Of a DNA stretch of 64,000 nucleotides, positions 20,145 to 30,094 are shown in pieces (the first letter of the stretch is position 1; each line of letters begins with the position of its first letter). The stretch is from Longimicrobiales bacterium (GTDB taxonomy: Bacteria; Gemmatimonadota; Gemmatimonadetes; Longimicrobiales; Gaopeijiaceae), in the NCBI GenBank assembly GCA_965219445.1, contig CBDCNQ010000005.1, positions 288,001 through 352,000 of the forward strand, given 5' to 3'. A model generated the notes under the pieces. That model made no database searches, was not told where the DNA came from, and saw only the letters and a list, made by a program, of their open reading frames with translations. The position numbers and the translations under genes are program-made.

Positions 20145-21356
20145 ATGATGAACCGGCGCCAGTTCGTCTACGCAACCGCCGCAGGCGTCGTGACATTCGC
20201 CCGTGGCTCAGGGCAGCTCGCCGCTTATGACCTGATCGTCAAAGGCGGGCGCGTCATTGATCCCTCACTGAGGGTCAACGCAATCCGCGACGTGGCGATC
20301 ACGGGCGGCCGGATCGCGGCGATCGAGGCCGACATCGAGGCCGATGCCGCGGAGGTCATCGATGCGACGGGGAAGGTCGTCGTCCCCGGACTGCTCGATA
20401 TCCATACGCACTATGCCCGAGAAGAAGAAGGCCCCTTGGTGGGCCTGGCCGGCGGTGTGACCGGATGGGTCGATGCCGGATCGGCGGGCGCGGATCAGAT
20501 CGACGAAATGGCGGCCATTGCGGAGTCGGCACCGCAGCCGGGGCGCATGCTTATCAACATCGGGCGCGCCGGTATCCTGCCCGATGGCGACACGATGGAC
20601 CTGCGCCTCGCTGATGTCAGTGCGGCGACGGCGGCCATTGCGCGCAACCGCGATGTCGTCGTGGGCGTCAAGGCGCGACTGACGAGGGGGGTCGCCGCAG
20701 ACGACGTCGAGGTGTTGCGCCGCGCGCAGGATGTGGCCACGTCCTTCGATTTGCCAGTGATGATCCACATGGGCCAAACGGCCTCGCCACTGCCCAACCT
20801 GCTCAGCCAGCTCAAGCGCGGAGATATCGTCACCCACATGTTTGCACCGCCGCCGAACAGCATCATCGATGACGACGATCACATCTTGCCGGAGGTGCTC
20901 GCCGCGCGCCGCCGCGGCGTGTGGTTCGACGTCGCCAACGGACGGACGGGGCATCTGCGATGGGACACCTTCGATGGGATCATCCAGGCGGGTTTCTGGC
21001 CAGATACGATCTCCACTGACGGGAGCACGACGAGCCCGACCGCGGAAAGCGTCATCGATTTCCCCAACGTTTTGTCCAAGTTCCTGAACTTCGGGATGAC
21101 GTTGGATCAGGTCGTTGCCCGCGCGACCTTCAATCCTTCGCGCATCTTCCCGCTGTTCCATGATCGTGGCACGCTCAACGTGGGCGCGCCGGCCGACGTG
21201 GCGGTGCTCGAACTGCGAGAAGGCAGATTCGAATTCGTGGACAACTACGGGAACACGCGGACCGGCCGCCAGAGACTCTTCCCGAGCGAGACCGTGCTCG
21301 GCGGCACACGGGTGTCCCCGCGCATGACACTCGCCCTCGCCAGGCTTCGCCTCTGA
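20145..21356 (+). CDS. Tat-exported amidohydrolase/deacetylase (dihydroorotase-like)
   Basis: NRRQFV; PGLLDIHTH; VKARL; MIH; TH; ISTD; GAPADV. Confidence 0.85.
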   Translation: MMNRRQFVYATAAGVVTFARGSGQLAAYDLIVKGGRVIDPSLRVNAIRDVAITGGRIAAIEADIEADAAEVIDATGKVVVPGLLDIHTHYAREEEGPLVGLAGGVTGWVDAGSAGADQIDEMAAIAESAPQPGRMLINIGRAGILPDGDTMDLRLADVSAATAAIARNRDVVVGVKARLTRGVAADDVEVLRRAQDVATSFDLPVMIHMGQTASPLPNLLSQLKRGDIVTHMFAPPPNSIIDDDDHILPEVLAARRRGVWFDVANGRTGHLRWDTFDGIIQAGFWPDTISTDGSTTSPTAESVIDFPNVLSKFLNFGMTLDQVVARATFNPSRIFPLFHDRGTLNVGAPADVAVLELREGRFEFVDNYGNTRTGRQRLFPSETVLGGTRVSPRMTLALARLRL

Positions 21357-21369
21357 CGCGCAGGCCTCA

Positions 21370-22341
21370 TCACATCCAGAGCCGCTCCTCATCTTCATCC
21401 ACGACGTGCCTCGGCTCGGCGACGACTTCGACCATGGCGTCCCCCGTCACCTCCAGCTCCGTAGACACGGGCTCGATATCGATCCTCCAAGCGCTCAACT
21501 CGTACGTGCCTTTGGGCACCCCCACGCTTGCCAGTCCTCGCTCGTCGGTCTCCGCCCGATAAGCACCCAGTCTCACCTCGATATTGTCCAGGGGAGCGTC
21601 GATGCCCTTGGGAACGATCTGCACGGTGACGGTGTGCTCGGGCGGCTCGAGGGAGCGGAACGTAAAGTCCCCCGAAGCCTCTCGATGCGGCAAGTCCAAC
21701 TCTGTGGGCGCAAAGCTGACGGAACGGGCAAACACCCCCGCTTGGCTCGGTGCGACTAAACTCACCTCTGCCTCGTAGAGGGCGGTGGTCCCCGGCCGCG
21801 GGTCGTCGCCGAGTCTTCCGTCACCCAGCTTGACCCCCGCCTTGTCCCGGACCTCAACGAGCTGCCCCGCCAAACTGCACTGGGCGGTGCATTTGATCCC
21901 CACACTGACCCCAAAACGACTGCCCCTCAACGGAGACGGGACATCCCATACAGCCACGCTGGTGGTATGTGGCACAATGGTGGAGGTGACGGTGAGAACG
22001 TATTCCTCGTGGACGACCCCCCCGACCTCCTGCCCGGGGAACGTAATCGACCATACCCTTTCGCCGACCTGAGCCGGTGCGTTCAGAACGAGGTCCCCGG
22101 TCTCTGCCGTCTCAGCGCTTTCAGATCCCCCGAGCTCCTCCGTGAGGACGACTTCCTCCGAGCTTTCAATGTTGACGAGCCCGCCTCGCAGGTCGCACCC
22201 CTCCGCGCAGGATACTCGCGCCCTCACCACAATATCAGCTCCGGCCTCCACCTCCGGCGGGAAGGCCTCGGCGAGCTCCACGGTCGGCTGGTGTCCCGCC
22301 GCTGCTGTTCGGCCCTCCCCTCCAGGGGCCGATCTAGCCAC
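21370..22341 (-). CDS. Uncharacterised beta-rich Cys-motif protein (flavoprotein partner 1)
   Basis: CAEGCDLRG and KCTAQC; VWDVP; TDERG.A in a C-terminal CarboxypepD_reg-like segment; homolog of 48404-49339. Confidence 0.7.
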   Translation of the reverse strand: MARSAPGGEGRTAAAGHQPTVELAEAFPPEVEAGADIVVRARVSCAEGCDLRGGLVNIESSEEVVLTEELGGSESAETAETGDLVLNAPAQVGERVWSITFPGQEVGGVVHEEYVLTVTSTIVPHTTSVAVWDVPSPLRGSRFGVSVGIKCTAQCSLAGQLVEVRDKAGVKLGDGRLGDDPRPGTTALYEAEVSLVAPSQAGVFARSVSFAPTELDLPHREASGDFTFRSLEPPEHTVTVQIVPKGIDAPLDNIEVRLGAYRAETDERGLASVGVPKGTYELSAWRIDIEPVSTELEVTGDAMVEVVAEPRHVVDEDEERLWM

Positions 22342-22376
22342 GGCCCTTCACCCGTCCATGCTGCTGAAGATCGGCC

Positions 22377-24011
22377 TCACCCGTTTACGGCTGCATCCCT
22401 GCCGGCGACGCGGCCAAACAGCGAGGATCTACCCAGGCCATGCTGAGGAAATCCGCCCATGGATTCGCCGCAGGTATATAGACCGGTGATCACCTCTCCG
22501 TGGACGTCGATCACCCGACACCTGGTGTCTACTCTCAGTCCACACAAGGAGTCGTGCAGGACGGGCGTGGACCACGCAGCGTAGAACGGCGGTGTCTGGA
22601 TCTTGTAGCGAGGAGTCGGCTTGCCGAAGTCCTCGTCCGTTCCTGCGTCTACGAAGGAGTTGTAACGGGACACCGTTTCCTGCAACACGGCGCCTCGCAT
22701 GGGCAGAGTCTGATAGGGATTCTCAATCTTCCCCGCCAATTCCGCGAGCGTATCGGCACTGTAGAAATACCCGTTCGGATCCACGTTCGGTGGGGTGGGA
22801 TCCCACCTCTGGCGCGTTACCGCCTCTGCGTCGAAGATCGCCCAGATCGGTCCTCCACCGTTCTTCTCGTTCGGATCCCCACTGTACGACATGCAGGCTG
22901 CGAAGAAGTCGTGCCCTCCGTCCGTCTCATCGTGAAACCGCACACCCGTCTGCTTCACGAGGATGGCGTTCTGCCAATTCACGCCCGTCAAGCCGGAGGC
23001 GCGCACCTTGTCGAAGATGGGACTGTCGGGCTGCCAATGCAGGCTCGAATAGCCGTATTGACACCCGATATGAGCCGTCTTCGAGATCGCGGCCCCAGCC
23101 TCCATGGTCTGGCTGGCGGTCCCCCAGAGCGCCGCTCCGAGCGCCATGGCCGCGAGCTCTCCATCCGCGGTTTGCTTGGAGTAAGGCTCGCCTGCGACCT
23201 GATATTCCTCGGTCAGCCGGGGGTCGAACGTGCGCCGAAAGTTCACGTTGCTCGTATGTCCCCCCGTCGCGAGAACCAATCCCTTGGTCCCCCGGATCCG
23301 CACCGTCTGACCTTCATGGACCGCCTCCAATCCCACGACCCTTCCCGTGGACGGGTCCTGAACGAGCTCTGTCATCTTATGGAGCAGCAGGATCTGGGCG
23401 CCTTTGGCCCGGGCGCTCTTCTCCAGCGCTCTGACGAGCCCCGACCCGCGCCGGGTCTCAACCGACGTGATCAGCTCCTCGTAAACGGGCCACTGAAGAG
23501 TCCGCCCATTTCTCGAATCGCCTCCTGCCACCTCGTCTTGAAACTGCACGCCGTTTTCAACCATCCACTCGAAGGTCTCGGTGCTCAGGTCTGCGTACAC
23601 CCGGGTGAGATCCCGGTCCGTGTATCGCGTTTGATAGGGTTGCGGGCGTATCCAATCCGCGAACACGGCGTCCGCTGAGTCCTCCACGCCGTGCCTCCGC
23701 TGGCGAGTCGTTCCTCCGCCCAGGTTCACACGTCCGCCGCTCACCATTCCATGGCCACCGCAGTCGTTGTTCTCCTCCACCATGATCACGGAGGCGCCAC
23801 GATCAAGGGCCTCAATCGCGGCAGAGAGCCCCGACACGCCGGCTCCGGCGATCACGACATCCGCGGTCATGCCCCACTCTTGCGCGGGACTCTGTCCCTC
23901 GAGGTCGTCCCCGACCACCCCGCCCAGGGCTGTCGCACCGAGGCCGGCGGCTGTGCCTTTCTTGACGAAACCGCGTCTGCTGATCGAACCGTTGGGCCTG
24001 TCCTTGCTCAT
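22377..24011 (-). CDS. Tat-exported FAD-binding oxidoreductase (FAD_binding_2 / flavocytochrome c / KstD-like)
   Basis: SRRGFVK; GAGVSG; LATGG; PPFYA; GLYTCGE. Confidence 0.88.
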   Translation of the reverse strand: MSKDRPNGSISRRGFVKKGTAAGLGATALGGVVGDDLEGQSPAQEWGMTADVVIAGAGVSGLSAAIEALDRGASVIMVEENNDCGGHGMVSGGRVNLGGGTTRQRRHGVEDSADAVFADWIRPQPYQTRYTDRDLTRVYADLSTETFEWMVENGVQFQDEVAGGDSRNGRTLQWPVYEELITSVETRRGSGLVRALEKSARAKGAQILLLHKMTELVQDPSTGRVVGLEAVHEGQTVRIRGTKGLVLATGGHTSNVNFRRTFDPRLTEEYQVAGEPYSKQTADGELAAMALGAALWGTASQTMEAGAAISKTAHIGCQYGYSSLHWQPDSPIFDKVRASGLTGVNWQNAILVKQTGVRFHDETDGGHDFFAACMSYSGDPNEKNGGGPIWAIFDAEAVTRQRWDPTPPNVDPNGYFYSADTLAELAGKIENPYQTLPMRGAVLQETVSRYNSFVDAGTDEDFGKPTPRYKIQTPPFYAAWSTPVLHDSLCGLRVDTRCRVIDVHGEVITGLYTCGESMGGFPQHGLGRSSLFGRVAGRDAAVNG

Positions 24012-24292
24012 GATCGGTCTCCGCTTCTCATGTGATCGAGACTCCCCCCGCTCTTCTCAAAGCGATGGGGCTCCCGCGCCCGGTGCACCGCCTTCCGCCA
24101 CTACCTCTTCTGTCCTACGAAGCTGCCGAGATCAGGATGGGAAAGTTCACAGGCCCTGTCCAGTACGGGGGGTCGGTCTGGGGTGGCTGCTCGCTGCAAG
24201 GAGCGAGACGGTCACTTGATCCCGACCCTTCGGACAGCTATTTGATAGGAGTGTCTGGCCGTGTCGTGGATCCCGCTGGAATGGAGGTCGAA

Positions 24293-25393
24293 ATGAGCAA
24301 TCGTATGGCGGTGGGTGGTCGAGGCCATGCAGTGATGTCGCGTTACTCCGCTCTATTTCTAGCCGTTCTCTGTACAGCCGCAGCGCCCGGCGCCGTTTCG
24401 AGCGCGGCGGCGCAGGCTCGAGCCTCCGACACCGGAAATTGGGAAGTCCCCAGGACACCCGACGGCCATCCGGACTTTCAGGGGATCTGGACGAACTCGA
24501 CGCTCACTCCGTTCGAGCGGGAAGAGGGTAGGGGAGCGGTGTTCACTCGGGAGGAAGTCGAGGAGATCGAGCGGCCAGACGGAGTCTGCCCCCCCAACCC
24601 GGGGACGGTCGAGTGCGGAAGGGTCCTCGCCGAGTCCGGGACGAATGAGGTTCGACTGCGCGGCCAGGAGTACAACGAGGTCTATTGGGATCGGGGCACG
24701 CGGGTTGCAGTCGTCGACGGCGAGCCCAGATCCTCTCTGGTCACCCATCCGGCGAACGGGCGCCGTCCGGCCCTCACGCCGGAGGGCGAGCGGCGGATCC
24801 AGGAGTCCCGGGACTTCAGGGGCCAATTCGGCCTCTACGACCACCCGGAGCTGAGACCACTCGGCGAGCGCTGCATCATTTTAGGTTCCCCTGCGGGACC
24901 CCCCATGGTCCCTGTCGGGGCGTACAACTCCAACTACATAATCGTACAGACGGCCGATCACGTGATGATCATGACGGAAATGGTCCACGATGCGCGGATT
25001 ATCCGGATCGGTGACGGCCCGCGGCTGCACCGAAACGTCCGTCCGTGGTTCGGCGACTCTTGGGGTCGGTGGGAAGGTGACGCACTCGTGGTCGAGACCA
25101 CGAACCTCAATCCACAACAGTCTGTCCAGCGAGTCCCCCCCTCGGAGCACATGAAGGTGACCGAACGCTTCACTCGGGTCGACGAAGAGACGATCCTCTA
25201 CGAGTTCACCGTCGATGACCCGACGATGTACACTCAAGCCTGGGGAGGAGAGATTCCGATCAAGAAGTTGAACAACAGGGTCTACGAATACGCTTGCCAC
25301 GAGGGCAACTACGGTCTGACCGGCGTTCTGAGCGGCGCGCGTTATGAGGAGAGAATGGAGGCGCAGGGATCGAGCGGTGCTAGCCGTGACTGA
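24293..25393 (+). CDS. Conserved hypothetical secreted protein
   Basis: GGAGG RBS; signal peptide; PRTPDGHPDFQGIW, GDSWGRWEGD and YEYACHEGN. Confidence 0.75.
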   Translation: MSNRMAVGGRGHAVMSRYSALFLAVLCTAAAPGAVSSAAAQARASDTGNWEVPRTPDGHPDFQGIWTNSTLTPFEREEGRGAVFTREEVEEIERPDGVCPPNPGTVECGRVLAESGTNEVRLRGQEYNEVYWDRGTRVAVVDGEPRSSLVTHPANGRRPALTPEGERRIQESRDFRGQFGLYDHPELRPLGERCIILGSPAGPPMVPVGAYNSNYIIVQTADHVMIMTEMVHDARIIRIGDGPRLHRNVRPWFGDSWGRWEGDALVVETTNLNPQQSVQRVPPSEHMKVTERFTRVDEETILYEFTVDDPTMYTQAWGGEIPIKKLNNRVYEYACHEGNYGLTGVLSGARYEERMEAQGSSGASRD

Positions 25394-25619
25394 GAGCCGT
25401 GAGTGTCTCTTCCATGGGTCAGTCGTGCGGCCCAAAAGGGCCAGATTGTCCCCGGCACCCGCTCCCTCCTCCGGGACTTTTCGCTCGCAGGCGCATGATT
25501 CGCACGGATTCGTGAAACATGGCATGGTCCATGCGAATTAGGACGTACGACGCCCGAGCATAGGGTGTCGGGAGAAAGGCCCGAATGGGGCCTCCCGAGC
25601 ATCAACACCTGGAGGACGC

Positions 25620-26039
25620 ATGAATACCATTGGAAAGGTGATGAGCATGGTGATCCTGGCGGGTGCCCTGACCGCCATGAGCCCTGGGCCTCTCTGGGCC
25701 CAAGCGACGGATAATGCCCCCACTGAGGACGCGCTCGCCGAGCGGAAGCCTCACGCGGAGCTGGTTGTGCAGAACAACAATTGGTTGGATGCGCACGTAT
25801 ACGTGGTGCGGGGGGGTAGGAGGACCTCATTGGGCCTCATGACCGCGCTCGGGAAGAGTAAGTTCGAGCTTCCGTCGTGGGCCACCCTACCCGGCGATGA
25901 CTTCCAGATCCTGGTCCACCTGATCGGCGGGGCGTCCTATCTGACACCGCTGGTCCACGTGTACCGCGGAGACGTAGTGGAGTTGGTGGTTCAGAACAAC
26001 CTTGGCCTGAGCAGCGCGGTGGTCTTCCGCGCTGGGTGA
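25620..26039 (+). CDS. Hypothetical secreted protein
   Basis: GGAGG RBS; signal ending WAQA; coding-like composition. Confidence 0.7.
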   Translation: MNTIGKVMSMVILAGALTAMSPGPLWAQATDNAPTEDALAERKPHAELVVQNNNWLDAHVYVVRGGRRTSLGLMTALGKSKFELPSWATLPGDDFQILVHLIGGASYLTPLVHVYRGDVVELVVQNNLGLSSAVVFRAG

Positions 26040-26096
26040 CAGTGATCTGAGGGAAGGCCGGGGCGATCGGTCTTAGGACCCTCGACTGCGATCATC

Positions 26097-26126
26097 ACGG
26101 GAGAGTCCATTCATGGACTCTCCCGT
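26097..26126. terminator. Perfect 14-bp inverted repeat (terminator-like)
   Basis: ACGGGAGAGTCCAT-TC-ATGGACTCTCCCGT. Confidence 0.7.
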
Positions 26127-26158
26127 TCTTGCAAATCCTTACTACCGAACCACTTCTC

Positions 26159-26176
26159 CAGTCGGGACGGCCGGAT
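26159..26176 (-). other. Possible tRNA-Pro 3'-end fragment (att-like scar)
   Basis: Minus strand reads ATCCGGCCGTCCCGACTG, like a tRNA-Pro T-arm 3' strand plus acceptor stem, followed by the hairpin. Recognised from memory of tRNA-Pro, not by search. Confidence 0.45.
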
Positions 26177-26260
26177 CGCGGACCCGTTGGGAGCCAATTG
26201 TGCGCGCAAGCCCACTATGTCGTATCATGACAGGCACGCTCCCGTGGCCCTGAGGCGCTC

Positions 26261-26329
26261 ATGCCTGATCCCGTCACCCGCCTGAACGCGGCCCTAGAAG
26301 GGTGCTACGCCACATTGAACGAGGGTTGA
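26261..26329 (+). pseudogene. Ser/Thr kinase 5' stub (MPDPVTRLNAALEGCYA...*)
   Basis: Matches the N-terminus of the kinase at 38297; stop codon lies 3 nt before the tannase start. Confidence 0.85.
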
Positions 26330-26332
26330 ACG

Positions 26333-27919
26333 GTGAAACGCTTTCTGATGATCGCGATCGCTATCATGGCCACGACACTCGCCGACGCCACTGCAGCCTC
26401 AGCGCGGGCCGGTGGGGAGGGGGGGGCGCTCGCGGGCGCCGACAACGTGTGGTGCGGAGATCTGACCTCGTCCTCGATTATGGAGGGGACCGTCACGAGC
26501 GCCGAAGTGGTCGAGACCGGGGCGTTCACGCCTCCGGTCGCATCAGGCGGTCGCGCCCCCTCGAGGGCTTCGGTGACCCGCACTTACGGTGCTTTGCCCG
26601 CGTTCTGCCGGGTGATCGCCACACTCCGACCCACGAACGATTCGAACATCACCGTCGAGGTGTGGATGCCGCTCTCGGGATGGAACGGAAAATACCAGGC
26701 GGTCGGGAACGGTGCGTTCAGGGGATCGATCAGTCATAGCGCCATGGCTGCCGCGCTGGCCAACGGCTACGCGACCAGCTCGACCGATACCGGGCATATC
26801 GGCAACACGGCAGAGTTTGGTCTCGATCATCCCGAGAAGGTCGTCGACTTCGGCTGGCGCTCGCTGCACCTGATGGCTGTCCTCACCAAGGAGGTCATCG
26901 CGGCTCATTACGATGAGGCTCTCCGCTACTCCTATTGGAACGGGTGTTCCGCCGGCGGCCGCCAGGCGATGAAGATGGCGCAGGCCTTTCCCGAAGACTT
27001 CGACGGCATCGTGGCCGGAGCACCGGGCCAGGATTGGAGCGGACGTGCAGCCGGAGCACTCCGAGTCGCCACGTATCTGGAATCCAACCCAGCCGCCCGT
27101 CTCTCCGAAGATGACAGATTGCTTGTGCATGCGGCGGCAATCAGCGCGTGCGACGCGGCTGATGGTGTCGTGGACGGCGTTATCGACAGCCCTCAGCGTT
27201 GTGATTTCGACCCCGCCGTCCTCCGATGTGAGGGTGCCAAGAACGGCTCCTGCCTGACGGCCGCACAGGTCGGGACCGTGCGGATGCTGTACACGTCCCC
27301 GGTGAATCCCAGCACCAACCGGGAGATTACCGGTCTGGTTCCGGGGAGCGAGCTCAACTGGACCGACCTCGGGTGGACCAACTCCGCACGCGCCACCGGC
27401 CTCGAACTTTATCGTTATCTGGTATACGGCGACCCCAACTGGACCATCGACCGATTCGATTTCGACACCGATATCGTGAAGGCGGAGGAGACCGACGACG
27501 AGACGCTGAATGCCCTCGATCCTGACCTCGAGCCGTTCTTCGCCCGGGGCGGCAAGTTGCTCGCGTATCACGGCTGGAGCGACGCGCAGATTTCACCCTT
27601 GAACGCCACCCAGTATTACGAGCGTGTGGTGGAATCCGTCGGGAGTGCCGAGGAAGTTCACGACTCGTATCGTCTGTTCATGGCGCCGGGCATGGGGCAT
27701 TGCGGCGGTGGTGAGGGACCCAGCGCTTTTGACAAGATGGCGCTAATTGAAGCGTGGGTCGAAGAGGGTCGAGCGCCAGACCGGGTGCTTGCGACCAAGT
27801 TCGGTCCGGAGGGCGAAGTGGAGATGCGCCGCCCGCTGTGCGCTTACCCGGCGAGGGCTGTTTACGACGGGAACGGAGACCCGAAAAGGGAGGATAGCTT
27901 CTCGTGCGCCACACGCTGA
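26333..27919 (+). CDS. Tannase/feruloyl esterase family hydrolase
   Basis: WNGCSAGG, YHGWSD and PGMGHCGGG (CS-D-HC motif); signal peptide. Confidence 0.92.
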   Translation: MKRFLMIAIAIMATTLADATAASARAGGEGGALAGADNVWCGDLTSSSIMEGTVTSAEVVETGAFTPPVASGGRAPSRASVTRTYGALPAFCRVIATLRPTNDSNITVEVWMPLSGWNGKYQAVGNGAFRGSISHSAMAAALANGYATSSTDTGHIGNTAEFGLDHPEKVVDFGWRSLHLMAVLTKEVIAAHYDEALRYSYWNGCSAGGRQAMKMAQAFPEDFDGIVAGAPGQDWSGRAAGALRVATYLESNPAARLSEDDRLLVHAAAISACDAADGVVDGVIDSPQRCDFDPAVLRCEGAKNGSCLTAAQVGTVRMLYTSPVNPSTNREITGLVPGSELNWTDLGWTNSARATGLELYRYLVYGDPNWTIDRFDFDTDIVKAEETDDETLNALDPDLEPFFARGGKLLAYHGWSDAQISPLNATQYYERVVESVGSAEEVHDSYRLFMAPGMGHCGGGEGPSAFDKMALIEAWVEEGRAPDRVLATKFGPEGEVEMRRPLCAYPARAVYDGNGDPKREDSFSCATR

Positions 27920-27959
27920 CGAGGCCGGGATAGAGAGGTCCGCCTGCGAGGCCGGAGCC

Positions 27960-30026
27960 TCAAGGAATGCTGAGCGCCACCAGCGCGCCGGGCACCGGCA
28001 GGATGATGCGCTGCCGCCCCTCGTGCATATAGGACATCATCCCGTACATCCCAAGGCCCGGCATCTCCAGGCTTCCCAGACGCTCGCCGGTCGCCTTGTC
28101 CACAGCGTAGAGGAACGGGGTATTCCCGTCCTCACCGCGAGCGGTATGAAGGAGCAAGCTCGGCGTCACCATCATGGCGGAGTGGGTCAGATTCCCCGTG
28201 GGAGGGATGTCCAACCCCCGCAACGCCGGGTGGTCCTGAATGAACTGCGGTGTACCCCCGTTCGGAATCCACCACAGACGCTCGCCGCTGTTCAGGTCGA
28301 TCGCGCTGATTCGGCTGTATGGCGGCTTTGTGAGCGGTAAGCCCTGGGGACCGGGAATACCGGCCGCACTGCCCCTCCACAGGGCATAATCCGGGACGGT
28401 CCTCCCTGTCGGTTGCCAGCTCGTCAGCTCGCCGTCCACCTCCTCTCCCGGTCCAACGATCCGCATCGCACAGTTCGTCCGTGAGACGACGTAAATGACT
28501 CCCGTTTGGGGGTCGGCTGCCGGTGGGCCGCTGATGTTGGTGCCGCCCAGTTCGCCGGGACACCAGATCGAGCCGACCAGCCCGTCGGGATTGTCCCGGT
28601 TCAGGGGCGGATTGAAGAGAGGCCCTAGCCGATAATCCGCCGTCATCTCCAGTGCCTCTCGCCGCAGCTCGGGCGTGAAGTCGATGAGGTCGTCCTCGGT
28701 AAGCCCTTGCAAATCGTACGGCGCCGGCTTGGTGGGGAACGGTTGGGTGCTCGATAACCGGTCGCCAGGAATCTCCGAGGGGGGCACGGGCCGCTCCTCA
28801 ATGGGCCAGATGGGCTCGCCCGTCTCGCGGTTGAAGGCGTAGATCATCGACTGTTTCGTGGCCTGGAACACCCCCGGAATCCTCTGCCCGTCCACCGTGA
28901 CATCCAGCAGAACCGGCGCCGTCGGGGTGTCGTAGTTCCAGATGTCGTGATGGACCAACTGGTAGTGCCAGATGCGTTGACCCGTCTGCACGTCCAGCGC
29001 GATGACGCTGGTGCCGAACAGGAGGTCCCCGGGACGCCAGCCCGCAGAGTAGTCTATCGTCCCTCCCTTCGTCGGGATGTAGACGATCCCGCGCTCCGGA
29101 TCGGCGGACATTGGCGCCCACGAGCCGATGTTGCCCGACCAGGCCCACGCATCGCTCTCCCAGGTGTCGTGGCCGAACTCGCCGGGCCGCGGGATCACGT
29201 GGAACTTCCAGAGGTGCTCGCCGGTCCGGGCGTCGTAGGCCACGATGTCGCCGGGGATGTTCTCGATCCGGGTCTGGTTCTGACCGTTTTCATGTGAGGT
29301 CCCCACGATCACTACACCGTTGACCACGATCGGAGGGGAGGACGCGGTGGCGTAGCCGATCTCGAGCGGGATCCCCTGGTACGGATCCCACGGCTGGTTG
29401 AGGCTCTCCCAGGGATCCCAGCCCCGGGCCTGATCTTCCAGGGCGTCCACCACTCCGGTCTGAGGGAAGCCCTCGATCGCCACCGGCCTCCCCCAGTTCT
29501 GTAGCGGCCGGCCCGTCTTGGCGTCCAGCGCCCAGAGGAAGCGAGCTGGGCTGATGCTGAAGATCACTCCCCGGCCGTCCACCTCGGCGTAAGCAACACC
29601 CTTTCCGTTGTTGGCCCGCATGGAATGCTCCCACCGGAAGGTGTCCGGCTCCCGGAAGCTCCAGATAATGACACCCGTGCCGGCATCGATGGCCACCACG
29701 CTCCGGCGATCCCCGGCCACGGTGTAGAGCACCCCGTCCACGTAGATGGGCGTGGAGCGGGCCAGGAGGACCCCAAAGCTGTCCCCTCTCCAGATCCACT
29801 CGACCTCGAGATTCTCGAAATTCGAGGCGTTGACCTGGTTTAGCGGCGAGTATCTGGTGTGCGAGGCGTCCCCGCCGATGTAGCGCCACTCCCCCCGCTC
29901 GGCCCCCTGCATGGATTGGGAAGTCTGGGCAGCACACGGCGCCGGCAGGGGAACCAAGATTCCGAGAGCCGCGGTGAGCCAGGCTCCGAGCAAGGGGAGT
30001 CTGAAGCCGTGCGTCTCTCTTCTCAT
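27960..30026 (-). CDS. PQQ-dependent dehydrogenase (glucose/quinate-type)
   Basis: TRYSPLNQ, HHDIWNYD, TQPFPTKP, KPPYSRISAIDL and MSYMHEGRQ. Confidence 0.9.
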   Translation of the reverse strand: MRRETHGFRLPLLGAWLTAALGILVPLPAPCAAQTSQSMQGAERGEWRYIGGDASHTRYSPLNQVNASNFENLEVEWIWRGDSFGVLLARSTPIYVDGVLYTVAGDRRSVVAIDAGTGVIIWSFREPDTFRWEHSMRANNGKGVAYAEVDGRGVIFSISPARFLWALDAKTGRPLQNWGRPVAIEGFPQTGVVDALEDQARGWDPWESLNQPWDPYQGIPLEIGYATASSPPIVVNGVVIVGTSHENGQNQTRIENIPGDIVAYDARTGEHLWKFHVIPRPGEFGHDTWESDAWAWSGNIGSWAPMSADPERGIVYIPTKGGTIDYSAGWRPGDLLFGTSVIALDVQTGQRIWHYQLVHHDIWNYDTPTAPVLLDVTVDGQRIPGVFQATKQSMIYAFNRETGEPIWPIEERPVPPSEIPGDRLSSTQPFPTKPAPYDLQGLTEDDLIDFTPELRREALEMTADYRLGPLFNPPLNRDNPDGLVGSIWCPGELGGTNISGPPAADPQTGVIYVVSRTNCAMRIVGPGEEVDGELTSWQPTGRTVPDYALWRGSAAGIPGPQGLPLTKPPYSRISAIDLNSGERLWWIPNGGTPQFIQDHPALRGLDIPPTGNLTHSAMMVTPSLLLHTARGEDGNTPFLYAVDKATGERLGSLEMPGLGMYGMMSYMHEGRQRIILPVPGALVALSIP

Positions 30027-30094
30027 CTCTCTTCTCCTCCTTCGCTTATTCGGCTCTGACGTCACCGCCAATCCCGGGTGGTGAAGGGCCGAAC

